64,000 nt of DNA from Rhabdothermincola salaria. Its GTDB lineage: Bacteria; Actinomycetota; Acidimicrobiia; Acidimicrobiales; Acidimicrobilacustridaceae. The stretch spans positions 1,940,168-2,004,167 of the forward strand of contig NZ_JAJQXW010000001.1 of assembly GCF_021246445.1 (NCBI RefSeq). The letters run 5' to 3'. The translations under genes were made by a program, and so were the position numbers. The notes under the pieces were generated by a model that saw only the letters and a list, made by a program, of their open reading frames with translations, was not told the origin of the DNA and searched no databases. This document shows, piece by piece, positions 49,808 through 59,997 of the stretch; position 1 is the first letter of the stretch, and every line of letters starts with the position of its first letter.

Positions 49808-50290
49808 TCAGAGGCGCTCGAGGACCGCCGAGCAGGAGCTGACCTCGATGCCGCCGCCCTCCTCGACGTCGAGGTTGGTGACGACGCCGTCCTCGATGAT
49901 GGCGGCGTAGCGACGCGACCGGGTGCCGAGGCCGAAGCCGCTGCCGTCCATCACCAGGCCCATGGCCTCGGTGAAGGCGCCGTTGCCGTCGGCGAGCATG
50001 ACGATGTCCTCGCCGACGCCCTGGTCGTCGCCCCAGGCGTCCATCACGAAGGCGTCGTTGACCGCCACGCACACGATCTTGTCGACGCCCTTGCCCTTGA
50101 CCTGCGAGGCGGCCTCGACGAAGCCGGGCAGGTGGACCTTGGAGCAGCCGGGCGTGAACGCACCCGGAACCGCGAAGAGCACGACCTTGCCCTCGCCGAG
50201 CAGCTCGCCGGTCTGCACCTTCTGCGGGCCCTGCTCGCCCATCACGTGCGCTTCGACGTCGGGAACCTTGTCACCAGTGGAGATAGCCAT
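49808..50290 (-). CDS. Peroxiredoxin (Prx5/redoxin)
   Basis: 'VPGAFTPGCSKVHLPG', 'VNDAFVMDAW' and 'RSRRYA'. Confidence 0.93.
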   Translation of the reverse strand: MAISTGDKVPDVEAHVMGEQGPQKVQTGELLGEGKVVLFAVPGAFTPGCSKVHLPGFVEAASQVKGKGVDKIVCVAVNDAFVMDAWGDDQGVGEDIVMLADGNGAFTEAMGLVMDGSGFGLGTRSRRYAAIIEDGVVTNLDVEEGGGIEVSSCSAVLERL

Positions 50291-50376
50291 GTCGCGAACA
50301 TAGGACAGCCGCACGGGCGCTCGCGCCCCGGGCGGCCAGGAAACCCCGGGACGTCCGACCACCCGCCCAGGCGGGC

Positions 50377-51219
50377 TCAGACCTCGAAGCGCCACCCGTC
50401 GCCGTCGGCCACGATGCGGCCGGCGCTGGGGGCGGCGTAGTGCGTGCCGATGACCAGGGTCCCCTGGTCGCCGTGCTCGGCGATCAGGCGGCGACGCGAC
50501 GCCGCACCCATGGTGGCGTCCCAATCGGCGGTCATGCCCCAGTCGGGTTCGGCCCACTGCACCGGGTGGTGGGTGGCGTCGCCGGTGATGAGGGCCCGCT
50601 CCCCGCCGGACTCGATGAGGACCGAGACGTGGCCCGGCGAGTGGCCCGGGGTGGGCACCAAGCGCACCTCGCCGGTGAGGCGGTGGTCGGCGTCGACGAG
50701 GTCGGCCTGACCGGCCTCGACCACGGGGGTGACGGTGTCACCGCAGTTGAGGGCGTAGCCGCCGGGCTCGGCCATCCAGTGCTCGTACTCCGAGCGGCAG
50801 AACAGGTAGCGGGCGTTGGTGAAGGTGGGCACCCACCGGTCCCCCTCGAGGCGGGTGTTCCACCCCACGTGGTCGAAGTGCAGGTGGGTGCAGCACACGA
50901 CATCGATGGTGTCGACGGCGAAGCCGGCCGCGGCCAGGCGGTCGGGGAAGTCGGCCGGTCCTCGCAGGCCGTCGAGACCAGGGATGGCTCGATCGCCGAC
51001 GCAGGTGTCGACCATGATGCTCAGCCCCTCGCTCTGCACCACCAGGGCGTGGATCGACAGCTCGGTCGTGCCGTCGGCGTCGGCGAAGTGCGGGGCCAAC
51101 CACCCCAGGTGCGGGGCCAGGGCCTCCGGCGTCGCCGCCGGCACCAGCCCGCTGATGGGCAGTGTCTGCTCGAGCTCGACCACCTTGGTGACGACGACGT
51201 CGCCGATCTGCCAGCGCAT
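50377..51219 (-). CDS. MBL-fold metallo-hydrolase
   Basis: THLHFDHVGWN, PGHSPGH, GD and TH motifs. Confidence 0.9.
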   Translation of the reverse strand: MRWQIGDVVVTKVVELEQTLPISGLVPAATPEALAPHLGWLAPHFADADGTTELSIHALVVQSEGLSIMVDTCVGDRAIPGLDGLRGPADFPDRLAAAGFAVDTIDVVCCTHLHFDHVGWNTRLEGDRWVPTFTNARYLFCRSEYEHWMAEPGGYALNCGDTVTPVVEAGQADLVDADHRLTGEVRLVPTPGHSPGHVSVLIESGGERALITGDATHHPVQWAEPDWGMTADWDATMGAASRRRLIAEHGDQGTLVIGTHYAAPSAGRIVADGDGWRFEV

Positions 51220-51280
51220 GGATGTGCTCCCCCCTCGTGTCCGTGCCCCGACGGTGTAGCGCGCCGGCGGCCGGCGTGCC

Positions 51281-52975
51281 TCAGGAACGCCCGGCCTCGA
51301 CGAACGTGGCGAAGAAGCGGGCCTCGGACTCCTCGTCGCCGATGAGCAACAGGTCGCACCCCTCGACCATGACCGTGTCGGGCTGGGCCGGCTCGAAGTG
51401 CCCGGCGGTGACGGCCACGGCCACCACCGTGCAGCCGCTGCGTTCTCGGACGCGTGCCTCGCTGATGGTGCGGGCCATCAATCGACGAGGTACCGGCACC
51501 CGGAACACGTCGAGGCCGTCGGCCAGCTGCAGCGTGTTGTCGGGCGTGAGCACGTTCCAGATGGCGTTGGCGCCGGTGGAGGCATAGGAGAGCACGCTGT
51601 CGGCACCGGCGCGGTGCAGCGTCGACACGTTGCGGTCGAGCCGGGCCCGGCTGATGATCTGCATCTCGGGGCGGAGCTTGCGGCAGTAGATGGTGAGGTA
51701 GACGTTCACGTCGTCGTCGTGGGTCGTGATGATGGCGGCCCGCGACTGGTGGATGCCGGCCTCCTCGAGCACGGTGAGGTCGGCGGCGTCGCCCACCACG
51801 TAGACCGACGGGTCACGGACCCGTTCGGGGAGCTGCTCCACGATCCGGTGGGGGATGCCGGCGGCGGCGAGGGTCGCCCCGGCGGCACGCCCGACCCGAC
51901 CACCCCCGATGATCACGACCGGCGCGTCGAGGATGTCGGACTCCCCGAAGTGCTCGTCCCAGCGGTCGAGCTGGGCTCGGTTGCCGGCCAGCACGATGGC
52001 GTCGTGGACCTCGAACACCGCGTTGGGGCGAGCCACCGCCAGCTCACCGCGGTCCCACACCCCGGCCACGGTGAGGCCGGTGAGCGGGCGGATGTTCGAC
52101 TCGAGGAGCGTGCTGCCGACGAGGGTGCGGGGGGTGGCCGCCTCGGCGATCAACAGGTCGCCGAACTCGCCGATCACGACGCTGCGGCCGCCCGGGGTGA
52201 GCACCCGTCGCGCCAGGGCGGTGCCCAGCATCACCCCGAGCTCCAGGACCTCGGTGCAACCGGCCATCTCGAGGATGTCCACCGAGGCGTGGCGGTTGGC
52301 GGTGGCCACGATCGGCACGTCGTGGGTGATCTCCTGGACGGTGAAGGCCACGTTGGTGTTGGTGGTGTCGCCTTCGGTGGCCACCACGAGGGCGGCCTGG
52401 TCGACGCGGGCGGCCCGGAACGAGGCCGGGTCGTCGAGCGCCCCCACCATCACCCGGAACCCTTCGTCGTAGAGGCGCAGGGCCCGGTCGACGTCGTCGA
52501 TCATCGCCGCGTAGGGGATCCCGGCCTGGTCGAGGCGACGGACGAGGGACTCCTCGATCGGACCGACACCGGTGAGCAACACGTGCCCCGACGTGCTCCG
52601 AGGCAGCTGCCGCGGGGCGCGCGCCCGCTGACGGGCCTCCATCCAGGGCACGAAGATGAACTGGATGAACGAGAAGGGCAGCAGCACCAGGATGAAGACC
52701 GAGCCCGACAGCAGCACGACCACCGAGAAGACACGGCCGACGTCGGACTCGAAGGTGATGTCACCGAAGCCGAGCGTCGACATGGTGACCACCGTCCAGT
52801 AGACGGCGGTGGCCCAGCTGTGGGTCTGGCCCTCGTACTCCATGATCTCGTGGAAGACGGCGCTGAAGAGCACCACGATGATCACGAAGACCACCAAGAG
52901 GACGCCCAGCACCCGCAGGTTGCGCCGCCCGTGGGGGTTGGCCAGGTAGCTGAAGATGGCCCCGAGGGATTTCAC
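51281..52975 (-). CDS. Potassium channel with tandem RCK (TrkA-N/C) domains
   Basis: 2-TM pore with a 'TMSTLGFGDI' filter and two RCK sets ('IIGGGRVG'). Confidence 0.9.
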   Translation of the reverse strand: MKSLGAIFSYLANPHGRRNLRVLGVLLVVFVIIVVLFSAVFHEIMEYEGQTHSWATAVYWTVVTMSTLGFGDITFESDVGRVFSVVVLLSGSVFILVLLPFSFIQFIFVPWMEARQRARAPRQLPRSTSGHVLLTGVGPIEESLVRRLDQAGIPYAAMIDDVDRALRLYDEGFRVMVGALDDPASFRAARVDQAALVVATEGDTTNTNVAFTVQEITHDVPIVATANRHASVDILEMAGCTEVLELGVMLGTALARRVLTPGGRSVVIGEFGDLLIAEAATPRTLVGSTLLESNIRPLTGLTVAGVWDRGELAVARPNAVFEVHDAIVLAGNRAQLDRWDEHFGESDILDAPVVIIGGGRVGRAAGATLAAAGIPHRIVEQLPERVRDPSVYVVGDAADLTVLEEAGIHQSRAAIITTHDDDVNVYLTIYCRKLRPEMQIISRARLDRNVSTLHRAGADSVLSYASTGANAIWNVLTPDNTLQLADGLDVFRVPVPRRLMARTISEARVRERSGCTVVAVAVTAGHFEPAQPDTVMVEGCDLLLIGDEESEARFFATFVEAGRS

Positions 52976-52979
52976 CGGC

Positions 52980-53546
52980 TCATCCCGTCCTCACCTCGAG
53001 TCCATCGCCCCCTTCGGCGCCACCCACTTCGAAGGGCAGGCGCTCGGCGAGGCCGAGCACGATGTGGAGCTCGTCGTCGTCGGGGCGGGGGACGACGAGC
53101 AGCTCCCGGACGTAGTCGAGGGGTCCGGGGACCACCTCGGCCATCCCGCCACCGTCGAGGTCGCTGGTCGCCCCCTTCAGGGTGACCACGAGGGCCTCGT
53201 TGGAGTCCACGTCCACGTCGTCTCCCCGGGCGTCGAGGACGGGGGCGTCGGCATACGCCGCGATCCACTCGCCGGGGCCACCATCTACTCGGAGGGTGAT
53301 GACGTCGACGCAGCCGTCCTTGTCGGTCTCGACCGCGGTGAGGGCCGACCGGTCGACGTCGTCGGATCCGCCTTCCACGGGGTCGGCCGCCCCCGAGAAG
53401 GGGCAGTCGGCCGCCGAGAGAGGGCTCAGCGTGCCGTCCTGGCCGTCGTCCCCGCACCCGGCCACGAGGGCGCCGGCCACGATGAGCGCGGCGAGCATCC
53501 GAGGGGCGCGCCGGCGCAGCGGTGCCGGTTGAGGAGCACGAGGCAT
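52980..53546 (-). CDS. Putative lipoprotein (AMIN-like)
   Basis: Lipobox LVAG-C and an acidic beta-rich body. Start 53546 or 53498. Confidence 0.7.
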   Translation of the reverse strand: MPRAPQPAPLRRRAPRMLAALIVAGALVAGCGDDGQDGTLSPLSAADCPFSGAADPVEGGSDDVDRSALTAVETDKDGCVDVITLRVDGGPGEWIAAYADAPVLDARGDDVDVDSNEALVVTLKGATSDLDGGGMAEVVPGPLDYVRELLVVPRPDDDELHIVLGLAERLPFEVGGAEGGDGLEVRTG

Positions 53547-53624
53547 GCCCGCCAGTGTCCCACCTGTCGCCGCCTCGGCAGGTCCGACCCGGCGCGCCCG
53601 GCGCGACAGGTGTTGCATGGGGCC

Positions 53625-55193
53625 ATGACCTCCGGCAACGGCACGTCCCCCGACGCCCACCCCTCCGACGAGCGACGCGCCCCGGTCCCCGACCGCGACC
53701 GCCCCGTGCTGGTGGCCGGAGCCACCGGCTACATCGGTCGGCGTCTGGTCGGTGAACTGGTGGCCGAGGGCCGGAAGGTCCGGGCCATGGCCCGCAACCC
53801 GGCCAAGCTCGCCGGCGAGGAATGGGCCGACGTGGTGGAGATCGTGCGCGGTGACGTGCTCGACCCGGCATCGCTGACCGAGGCCTTCGAGGGGGTGGGT
53901 GGTGCCTACTACCTGATCCACTCGATCGGGGGCGAGGACGACTGGGAGGAGCGTGACCGGCGGGCAGCGGCCAACTTCCGCGACGCCGCCGCGAACGCGG
54001 GCGCCAGCCAGATCATCTACCTGGGCGGCCTCGGCGACGACGCCGGGGCGTCGCTGTCACCGCACCTGCGCAGCCGCCACGAGGTGGGACGCATCCTGGC
54101 CGACGGTGCGGTGCCGGCCACCGAGCTGCGCGCCGCGGTGGTCATCGGGTCGGGCAGCGCCTCGTTCGAGATGCTGCGCCACCTCGTCGAGGTCCTCCCC
54201 GCCATGGTCACCCCGAAGTGGGTCGAGACCCGCTGCCAGCCCATCGCCGTGCGCGACGTGCTCGCCTACCTCGTCGGCGTGCTCGACGAGCCCCACGCAC
54301 TCGGCCGGGTCCTCGAGATCGGCGGGCCCGATGTGCTGACCTACCGCCAGATGATGGAGGTCTTCGCCGAGGTCGAGGGCCTGCGCCGCCGGCTCATCGT
54401 CACCGTGCCCGTGCTGTCGCCGTCGCTGTCGTCGCGCTGGGTCGGCCTGGTCACGCCACTCCCGTCGGACCTGGCCCGGCCGCTCATCGACAGCCTCGTC
54501 AACGAGGTCGTGGTGCACCAACCCGACATCCTCGACATCGTCCCCCGGGACCTGCTCACCTACCGCGAGTCGCTCGAGGTGGCCCTGCGACGGGTCGAGG
54601 ACCTCCAGGTCGCCACGACCTGGGCCGACGCCGAGCTGCGCGGCCGCAACCCGGCGGACCCGCTGCCCGCCGACCCGGACTGGGCGGGCGGAACCCTCCT
54701 CGGCGACGTCCAGGAGGGCACGTCGACCGCCGCTCCCCACCTGCTGTTCGCCACCATCTGCGGCATCGGAGGCACCCGGGGCTGGATGACGGGAGATGTC
54801 TGGTGGCGGATCCGCGGCACCCTCGACCGCCTCGTGGGCGGCATCGGCATGCGGCGCGGTCGCCGTCACCCCGACGACCTGCGCACCGGCGACGCGCTCG
54901 ACTTCTGGCGGGTCGAGGCCTACGAGCAGGACCACCTCCTGCGGCTCCGGGCCGAGATGCGCCTCCCGGGCCAGGCGTGGCTGGAGTGGACCGTGTCCCC
55001 CGCGGGAGAGGGCAGCGCGGTCACCCAACGAGCGCTCTTCCACCCTCGTGGGCTGGCCGGGCGCGTCTACTGGTTGGCCGTGTCACCCTTCCACCGGGTG
55101 ATCTTCGCCCCGATGCTGGCCCGGCTGGTGGAGATCGCCGAGAGCGGCGGGCACCTCCCGACCACGGGAGATCCGGACCGCGACGCCGTCTGA
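53625..55193 (+). CDS. NAD(P)-binding atypical SDR with C-terminal DUF2867 (YbjT-like)
   Basis: GATGYIG, 'LSPHLRSRHEVG', 'GDALDFWRVE' and 'LRLRAEMRLPGQAWLE'. Confidence 0.9.
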   Translation: MTSGNGTSPDAHPSDERRAPVPDRDRPVLVAGATGYIGRRLVGELVAEGRKVRAMARNPAKLAGEEWADVVEIVRGDVLDPASLTEAFEGVGGAYYLIHSIGGEDDWEERDRRAAANFRDAAANAGASQIIYLGGLGDDAGASLSPHLRSRHEVGRILADGAVPATELRAAVVIGSGSASFEMLRHLVEVLPAMVTPKWVETRCQPIAVRDVLAYLVGVLDEPHALGRVLEIGGPDVLTYRQMMEVFAEVEGLRRRLIVTVPVLSPSLSSRWVGLVTPLPSDLARPLIDSLVNEVVVHQPDILDIVPRDLLTYRESLEVALRRVEDLQVATTWADAELRGRNPADPLPADPDWAGGTLLGDVQEGTSTAAPHLLFATICGIGGTRGWMTGDVWWRIRGTLDRLVGGIGMRRGRRHPDDLRTGDALDFWRVEAYEQDHLLRLRAEMRLPGQAWLEWTVSPAGEGSAVTQRALFHPRGLAGRVYWLAVSPFHRVIFAPMLARLVEIAESGGHLPTTGDPDRDAV

Positions 55194-55206
55194 GCCGGGT
55201 CGGAGA

Positions 55207-56091
55207 TCAGCTCACCGACGTCGACGGGGTGGCGTCGGCCACGGGCGCGTCGTCGTCGGTGCCCGGGTCGACGTCGGCCTCGAACGCAGGGATGCCGGCG
55301 TTCTCGAGGGCTTGGCGCTGGTACATCCAGTGCAGGAAGCGCACGGCGATCTGGGACCAGATCACCAGACCCCCGACGACCTGCATGACGGCGGCACCGA
55401 GGTGCTGGTCGTCGAGCGGGCCGAATCCCTCGAAGACGCGGGGCGCCAGCTCGAAGGTGGAGAACAGCGGGTAGTCGCCCCAGGTCATCCACCAGGCGGT
55501 GGGCAGCGGGGCGATGGACTGCACGATCAGGTACACCATCGCCAACGGACCCACCAGGCGGGGGGTGAGCGGCGCGGGCGGCTGCACGGGGAACCACAGC
55601 AGGAAACCGGCCACGATCCAGAACAGGTCGAGGGCGAACGACCCCAGCGGGCTGCCGATCATGCGATCCGACACCATCGGCGTGTTGATGGTGAGCAGGA
55701 TCACGTTGGCGCCGATGATGCAGAACAGTGGGGTGCTGACCACGCGCACGAAGGCACGGCGGCGCGCCCCCGCCTGCAGCCAACGGCCGACCACAGGGGG
55801 GCAGCCGTAGAGCAAGAGGGGCAGCACGATGAGCACCACGAGGACCTGGCGGGCCATCTGGACCGAGAGCAGGTAGCCGGCCCCCATCGCCGCCATGGGC
55901 CAGTCGGTGGCCACCAGCAGCAGGGCCACGCCGGCGAAGGCCGCCACCTTGCGCCGCAGCGGGAAGTCGCGATCGCGTCGGAACCCGGCGATCAGCAGCC
56001 CGACGAGCATGATCGTCAGCAACCAGGCACCCAGGTACGGGCTCCACTCCCAGTTCCACACCTTGCCCTCGGCCGAGCACCACCAACTCAC
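55207..56091 (-). CDS. ctaG: caa3-type cytochrome c oxidase assembly factor CtaG-like
   Basis: Multi-TM protein with 'G.LLWFPV' and 'PLDDQHLGAAVM'. GTGA-coupled to the SCO gene. The usual His motif appears substituted. Confidence 0.72.
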   Translation of the reverse strand: MSWWCSAEGKVWNWEWSPYLGAWLLTIMLVGLLIAGFRRDRDFPLRRKVAAFAGVALLLVATDWPMAAMGAGYLLSVQMARQVLVVLIVLPLLLYGCPPVVGRWLQAGARRRAFVRVVSTPLFCIIGANVILLTINTPMVSDRMIGSPLGSFALDLFWIVAGFLLWFPVQPPAPLTPRLVGPLAMVYLIVQSIAPLPTAWWMTWGDYPLFSTFELAPRVFEGFGPLDDQHLGAAVMQVVGGLVIWSQIAVRFLHWMYQRQALENAGIPAFEADVDPGTDDDAPVADATPSTSVS

Positions 56092-56732
56092 GTGATCGAC
56101 TCCCATTCGATGGTCTCGAGCTGGGGCAGGTCCTCGACCCACACCTGCTCGGTCGCCCCGAAGGGGTAGACGATGTGCGCCTTGTCGTCGGGGGTGAACA
56201 CCACCACCTGGCTGGGGTGCCCGACGGTGTAGTTGCCGCTGGTGTCGTCGGGGATCACGGCGCCCGGGAGCTGGAGCTGGGCCATGGCCCGATCGATCTC
56301 CTCGGGGGTGGCGGTGAGGCCCACGAAGCGGTCGTCGAAGCGGTCGAGGTAGGTGCGCAGCTGCTCGGGGGTGTCACGCGCGGTGTCGACGCCGACGAAG
56401 ACCATGTTGGGCACACCGCCCTCGAGCTGCGCCCTCTCGAACGCCGAGGAGATCCGATCGAGGTGGATGGGGCACACGTCGGGGCAGCTGGTGTAGCCGA
56501 AGAACACGAGGGTGAGCTCGCTGGCGGTCTCGGTGCGCAGGTCGTAGGGCTGGCCCTCGGTGTCGGTGAACACCACGTCGGGCTTGTCGAGGGCGTCGCC
56601 GAGCATCGAGCCCTGCAGGCCGTAGCGCTCCGCGCCGGCCCGGTCGAACTGGTCGGGGGGCGAGGTGCACGAGGCCAGCAGCACCAGCCCGACCATCGCC
56701 CCCAGGACGGCCGCGACGCGCCGCGAGATCAC
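56088..56732 (-). CDS. SCO1/SenC family copper-binding lipoprotein
   Basis: Lipobox LLAS-C, 'FFGYTSCPDVCP' and 'YTVGH'. Confidence 0.92.
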   Translation of the reverse strand: MISRRVAAVLGAMVGLVLLASCTSPPDQFDRAGAERYGLQGSMLGDALDKPDVVFTDTEGQPYDLRTETASELTLVFFGYTSCPDVCPIHLDRISSAFERAQLEGGVPNMVFVGVDTARDTPEQLRTYLDRFDDRFVGLTATPEEIDRAMAQLQLPGAVIPDDTSGNYTVGHPSQVVVFTPDDKAHIVYPFGATEQVWVEDLPQLETIEWESIT

Positions 56733-57256
56733 CTGCTCACCTCCCCGGGGTCGACGACCTCGACGTCGATGCCGATCTCGCCGGCGTCGGCGAAGTCGAG
56801 CACCAGCTCCACCACGTCACCGACCTCCAAGCCGTCGGGCACCGCCACCATGAGGTGGAGTCCGCCCGGTGCCAGGGCCAGCTCGCCGCCGGCGGGGACC
56901 TCGAGGTCTCCCGCCTCGTCCATGGTGACCTGGCCGTCCTCTGCGATCTCCGTGCGGTGCACCATCGCCCTGTCGCCGTCGTCGGTGCGGGCCCCGAGCA
57001 GCGTGTCGACCTCGGTGCCGGTGTTCTCGATGGTCATGTACGCCGCGCCCATGGGCCCGGCCGGCACCGGCATCACGGGGTCGACCACGCTGACCCCTGC
57101 CTCGGCGGCCGACGGGGCGCCGTCGGTGGCGTCGTCGTCACCGCAGGCCCCGACGGCCACGGCGACGAGGAGCAGGAGGGCCAGCGGCGCGCCCACGCCA
57201 CGGCGTCGACGTGCCGGGCGGGGATCGCTGGACCCGAGCGGGGGGCGGATCACCAC
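56729..57256 (-). CDS. Copper chaperone PCu(A)C lipoprotein
   Basis: Lipobox VGA-C, 'AAYMTIEN' and H..M..'PGGLHLM'. Confidence 0.88.
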   Translation of the reverse strand: MVIRPPLGSSDPRPARRRRGVGAPLALLLLVAVAVGACGDDDATDGAPSAAEAGVSVVDPVMPVPAGPMGAAYMTIENTGTEVDTLLGARTDDGDRAMVHRTEIAEDGQVTMDEAGDLEVPAGGELALAPGGLHLMVAVPDGLEVGDVVELVLDFADAGEIGIDVEVVDPGEVSR

Positions 57257-57356
57257 GCCTCAATCCAACCAGCCCGGAGCCCCCGGCACACATCGGGGAG
57301 ACCCCCGGTTGACGTGACGTCGGTCTCCCCACAGGCGGCCGGCGGACTCGGCACCG

Positions 57357-58418
57357 TCAGTCCCGCTGCTGTTCGAGGGCGAGCACGTCGCCGACCACAC
57401 CCACCCGCACCGTGGCCCCCACCGGGGGCAGGCCGGCCGACGGCCACCGGGCCATGAGCTCCACCCCGTCGACGACGAGGTCGACCGCGGCCTCGTGGCC
57501 GCGGAAGCGCACGGCCCGCACCTCGGCGAGCACGCCCGCGCCACCCGGTGCCACGTCCTCGGGCCCGAGGAGGCGGAGCTGTTCGGGGCGCAGGAAGATG
57601 GTCGTCGACCCGGCCGGCGCGGGCCGCCGCAGCCGCAGGGGGCCGAGGGCACCGGTGACGGTGGGACCGTCGACGATGCCGGGGATGGCGATGGCGTCGC
57701 CGAGGAAGGCGCCGACCCAGGTGTCGTGGGGTTCGCGGTACAGCTCGGCCGGCGGACCCACCTGGATGATGCGCCCGGCGCGCATGACGGCCACGGCGTC
57801 GGCCATCTCGAGGGCCTCGGCCTGGTCGTGGGTCACCATGACCGCGGTGGTGCCCGCCTCGCGGAGCAGACGGGTGACCTCGGCGCGGACCTCGGCGCGG
57901 AGCCCGGCGTCGAGGGCGCTGAAGGGCTCGTCGAGCAGCACCATCGAGGGCCGGGGGGCCAGGGCCCGGGCCAGCGCCACCCGCTGTTGCTGCCCCCCGG
58001 AGATCTCGTGGGGACGGCGCCCACCGAGGCCCTCGAGGCCGACCATGGCCAACAGCTCCTCGATGCGCGCCGTTCGGGTCGCCTTGTCGAGCTGGCGCAA
58101 CCCGAAGGCCACGTTGCCGGCCACGTCGAGGTGAGGGAAGAGGGCGCCTTCCTGGGGGACCAGGCCGATGCCGCGCTTCTCGGGGGGGAGGTGGGTGCCA
58201 TCGGCGTCGAGCTCCACCCCGTCGAGCTCCACCCGGCCGGCGCCGGGGCGTTGCAGGCCGGCGATCACCCGCAACAGGGTGGTCTTGCCGCAGCCCGACG
58301 GGCCCAGCACCGCCACGATGCTCCCGTCGGCGACCTCGAGGTCGACCGAACGCAGCGCCGCCACCGGCGGCCGGCCGGCGAAGGTGACCGACAGCCCCTT
58401 GACGACGAGGTGGCTCAT
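57357..58418 (-). CDS. fbpC: Fe3+ ABC transporter ATP-binding protein
   Basis: GPSGCGKT, ISGGQQQR, LLDEPF and a TOBE-like C-terminus. Confidence 0.88.
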   Translation of the reverse strand: MSHLVVKGLSVTFAGRPPVAALRSVDLEVADGSIVAVLGPSGCGKTTLLRVIAGLQRPGAGRVELDGVELDADGTHLPPEKRGIGLVPQEGALFPHLDVAGNVAFGLRQLDKATRTARIEELLAMVGLEGLGGRRPHEISGGQQQRVALARALAPRPSMVLLDEPFSALDAGLRAEVRAEVTRLLREAGTTAVMVTHDQAEALEMADAVAVMRAGRIIQVGPPAELYREPHDTWVGAFLGDAIAIPGIVDGPTVTGALGPLRLRRPAPAGSTTIFLRPEQLRLLGPEDVAPGGAGVLAEVRAVRFRGHEAAVDLVVDGVELMARWPSAGLPPVGATVRVGVVGDVLALEQQRD

Positions 58419-59947
58419 TCCCGTGACCTGCGATCGCCCACCGCGCTCAGCACGGCGGTGGGCAGCGCCGCCAGCACCACGATGAGCACGGCGTAGGGGG
58501 CGGCGGCGGCGTAGGAGACGCTGCTGGTGGCGTCCCAGAGCCGGGTGGCGAGGGTGTCGAACCCGGTCGGGCGCAGGAAGAGGGTGGCGGGCAGCTCTTT
58601 CATGACGGTGAGGAAGACGAGGGTAGCGGCGGCCGCGATGCCCGGGGCCGCCAGCCGCAGCACCACTCGGCGCCACACCCCCCACACCGAGGAACCGAGC
58701 GAACGGGCCACGTCCTCGAGGCCGGGCGGGATCTGGGCCACGGCGGCCTGGATCGACCCGAGGGCGAGGGACATGAACAGCACGGCGTAGGCGACGATCA
58801 GGACCGGCAGCTCCTGGTAGAGCGAGGGCACGACCCGGATGGCGAGGAACACCATGGCCAGGCCGACCACGACGCCGGGGAGGGCGTGGGCGGTGTAGGC
58901 CGCGCTCGATGCCACCTTCGACAGCCGGCCCTGGTGGCGGACGGCCAGCAGCGCCACCGGCAGGGCCAGCACCACGACCAGCAGCGCACCCAGCGCGCCG
59001 ACCAGCAGGGTGTTGCCGGCGGCGTCGACGACCTGGGAGGTGTCGGCCCGGGAGGTGCCCCGCGACCACCAGCGGACCATGCCCCACAGGGGCACACCGA
59101 GGCTGAAGCCGACCAGGGCGACCGGCACGGCCAGCGCCGGCCAGCGCCACGCGCCCAGCCGCAGGACGGGCTGGGGTCGCACGGCTCCGGCCCCGATGCG
59201 GGCCGCTCCGTGACGGTGCCGGTAGCGCGACTCGATCAGCACGATGGTGATGGTGAGCACCGCCAGCAAGACCCCCAGCACGGCGGCGGGGGTGCGATCG
59301 AACGACGCCCGGTACGACTGGTAGATGGTGTAGGTGAGGACCTCGTGACGCATGGTGGCGACAGCGCCGAAGTCGCTCATCACGTAGAGGCCGACGAGGA
59401 GGCCGCCGCCCACCGCGGCCGTGCGGATCTGGGGCAACGTGGTGCGCCAGAAGACCGTCAGGCGCCGGCTGCCGAGCGTGCGGGCCACGTCCTCGAGGGC
59501 AGGGTCGCAGCGGCGCAGAGCGGCCATGACCGGCAGGTACACGTAGGGGTAGGAGATGGTGGTGAGCACCAGCACCGACCCGCTCATCCCGGCCAGATCG
59601 GGGCGGAAGCCCAGCCAGCTCCACGCCGCGACGTAGGAGGGCAGGGCCAGGGGCAGGCCCACGAGCACCTGCACGACCCGGCGACCCGGGATGTCGGTGC
59701 GGGTGACGAGCCAGGCCATGCCCACCCCGATGACCAGGCAGAGGGTGGTGACCACGGCGGCCAGCCACAACGACCGGAGGGTGAGCTCCAGGGTCCGCGA
59801 CCGCCACAGGGTGTCGAGGAACGCCCCCCACCCCTGGTCGGTGGCCCGGATGACCAGGTAGACGATCGGGCTGACGGCAACCACCGTGGCCACCAGGGCG
59901 CCCACCATGAGGGGCACAGGAGCGCGACGGCGAGAGGGGGCCGACAC
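58415..59947 (-). CDS. fbpB: Fe3+ ABC transporter permease
   Basis: Two EAA-type repeats (LEDVARTLG/LEDVARSLG), 'SDFGAV' and 'KELPATL'. Confidence 0.88.
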   Translation of the reverse strand: MSAPSRRRAPVPLMVGALVATVVAVSPIVYLVIRATDQGWGAFLDTLWRSRTLELTLRSLWLAAVVTTLCLVIGVGMAWLVTRTDIPGRRVVQVLVGLPLALPSYVAAWSWLGFRPDLAGMSGSVLVLTTISYPYVYLPVMAALRRCDPALEDVARTLGSRRLTVFWRTTLPQIRTAAVGGGLLVGLYVMSDFGAVATMRHEVLTYTIYQSYRASFDRTPAAVLGVLLAVLTITIVLIESRYRHRHGAARIGAGAVRPQPVLRLGAWRWPALAVPVALVGFSLGVPLWGMVRWWSRGTSRADTSQVVDAAGNTLLVGALGALLVVVLALPVALLAVRHQGRLSKVASSAAYTAHALPGVVVGLAMVFLAIRVVPSLYQELPVLIVAYAVLFMSLALGSIQAAVAQIPPGLEDVARSLGSSVWGVWRRVVLRLAAPGIAAAATLVFLTVMKELPATLFLRPTGFDTLATRLWDATSSVSYAAAAPYAVLIVVLAALPTAVLSAVGDRRSRE

Positions 59948-59997
59948 CTCGTCGGTGCCGGCCCCCTCCCGTGAGAGCGTCGTCGGCTCCGCGGCGA

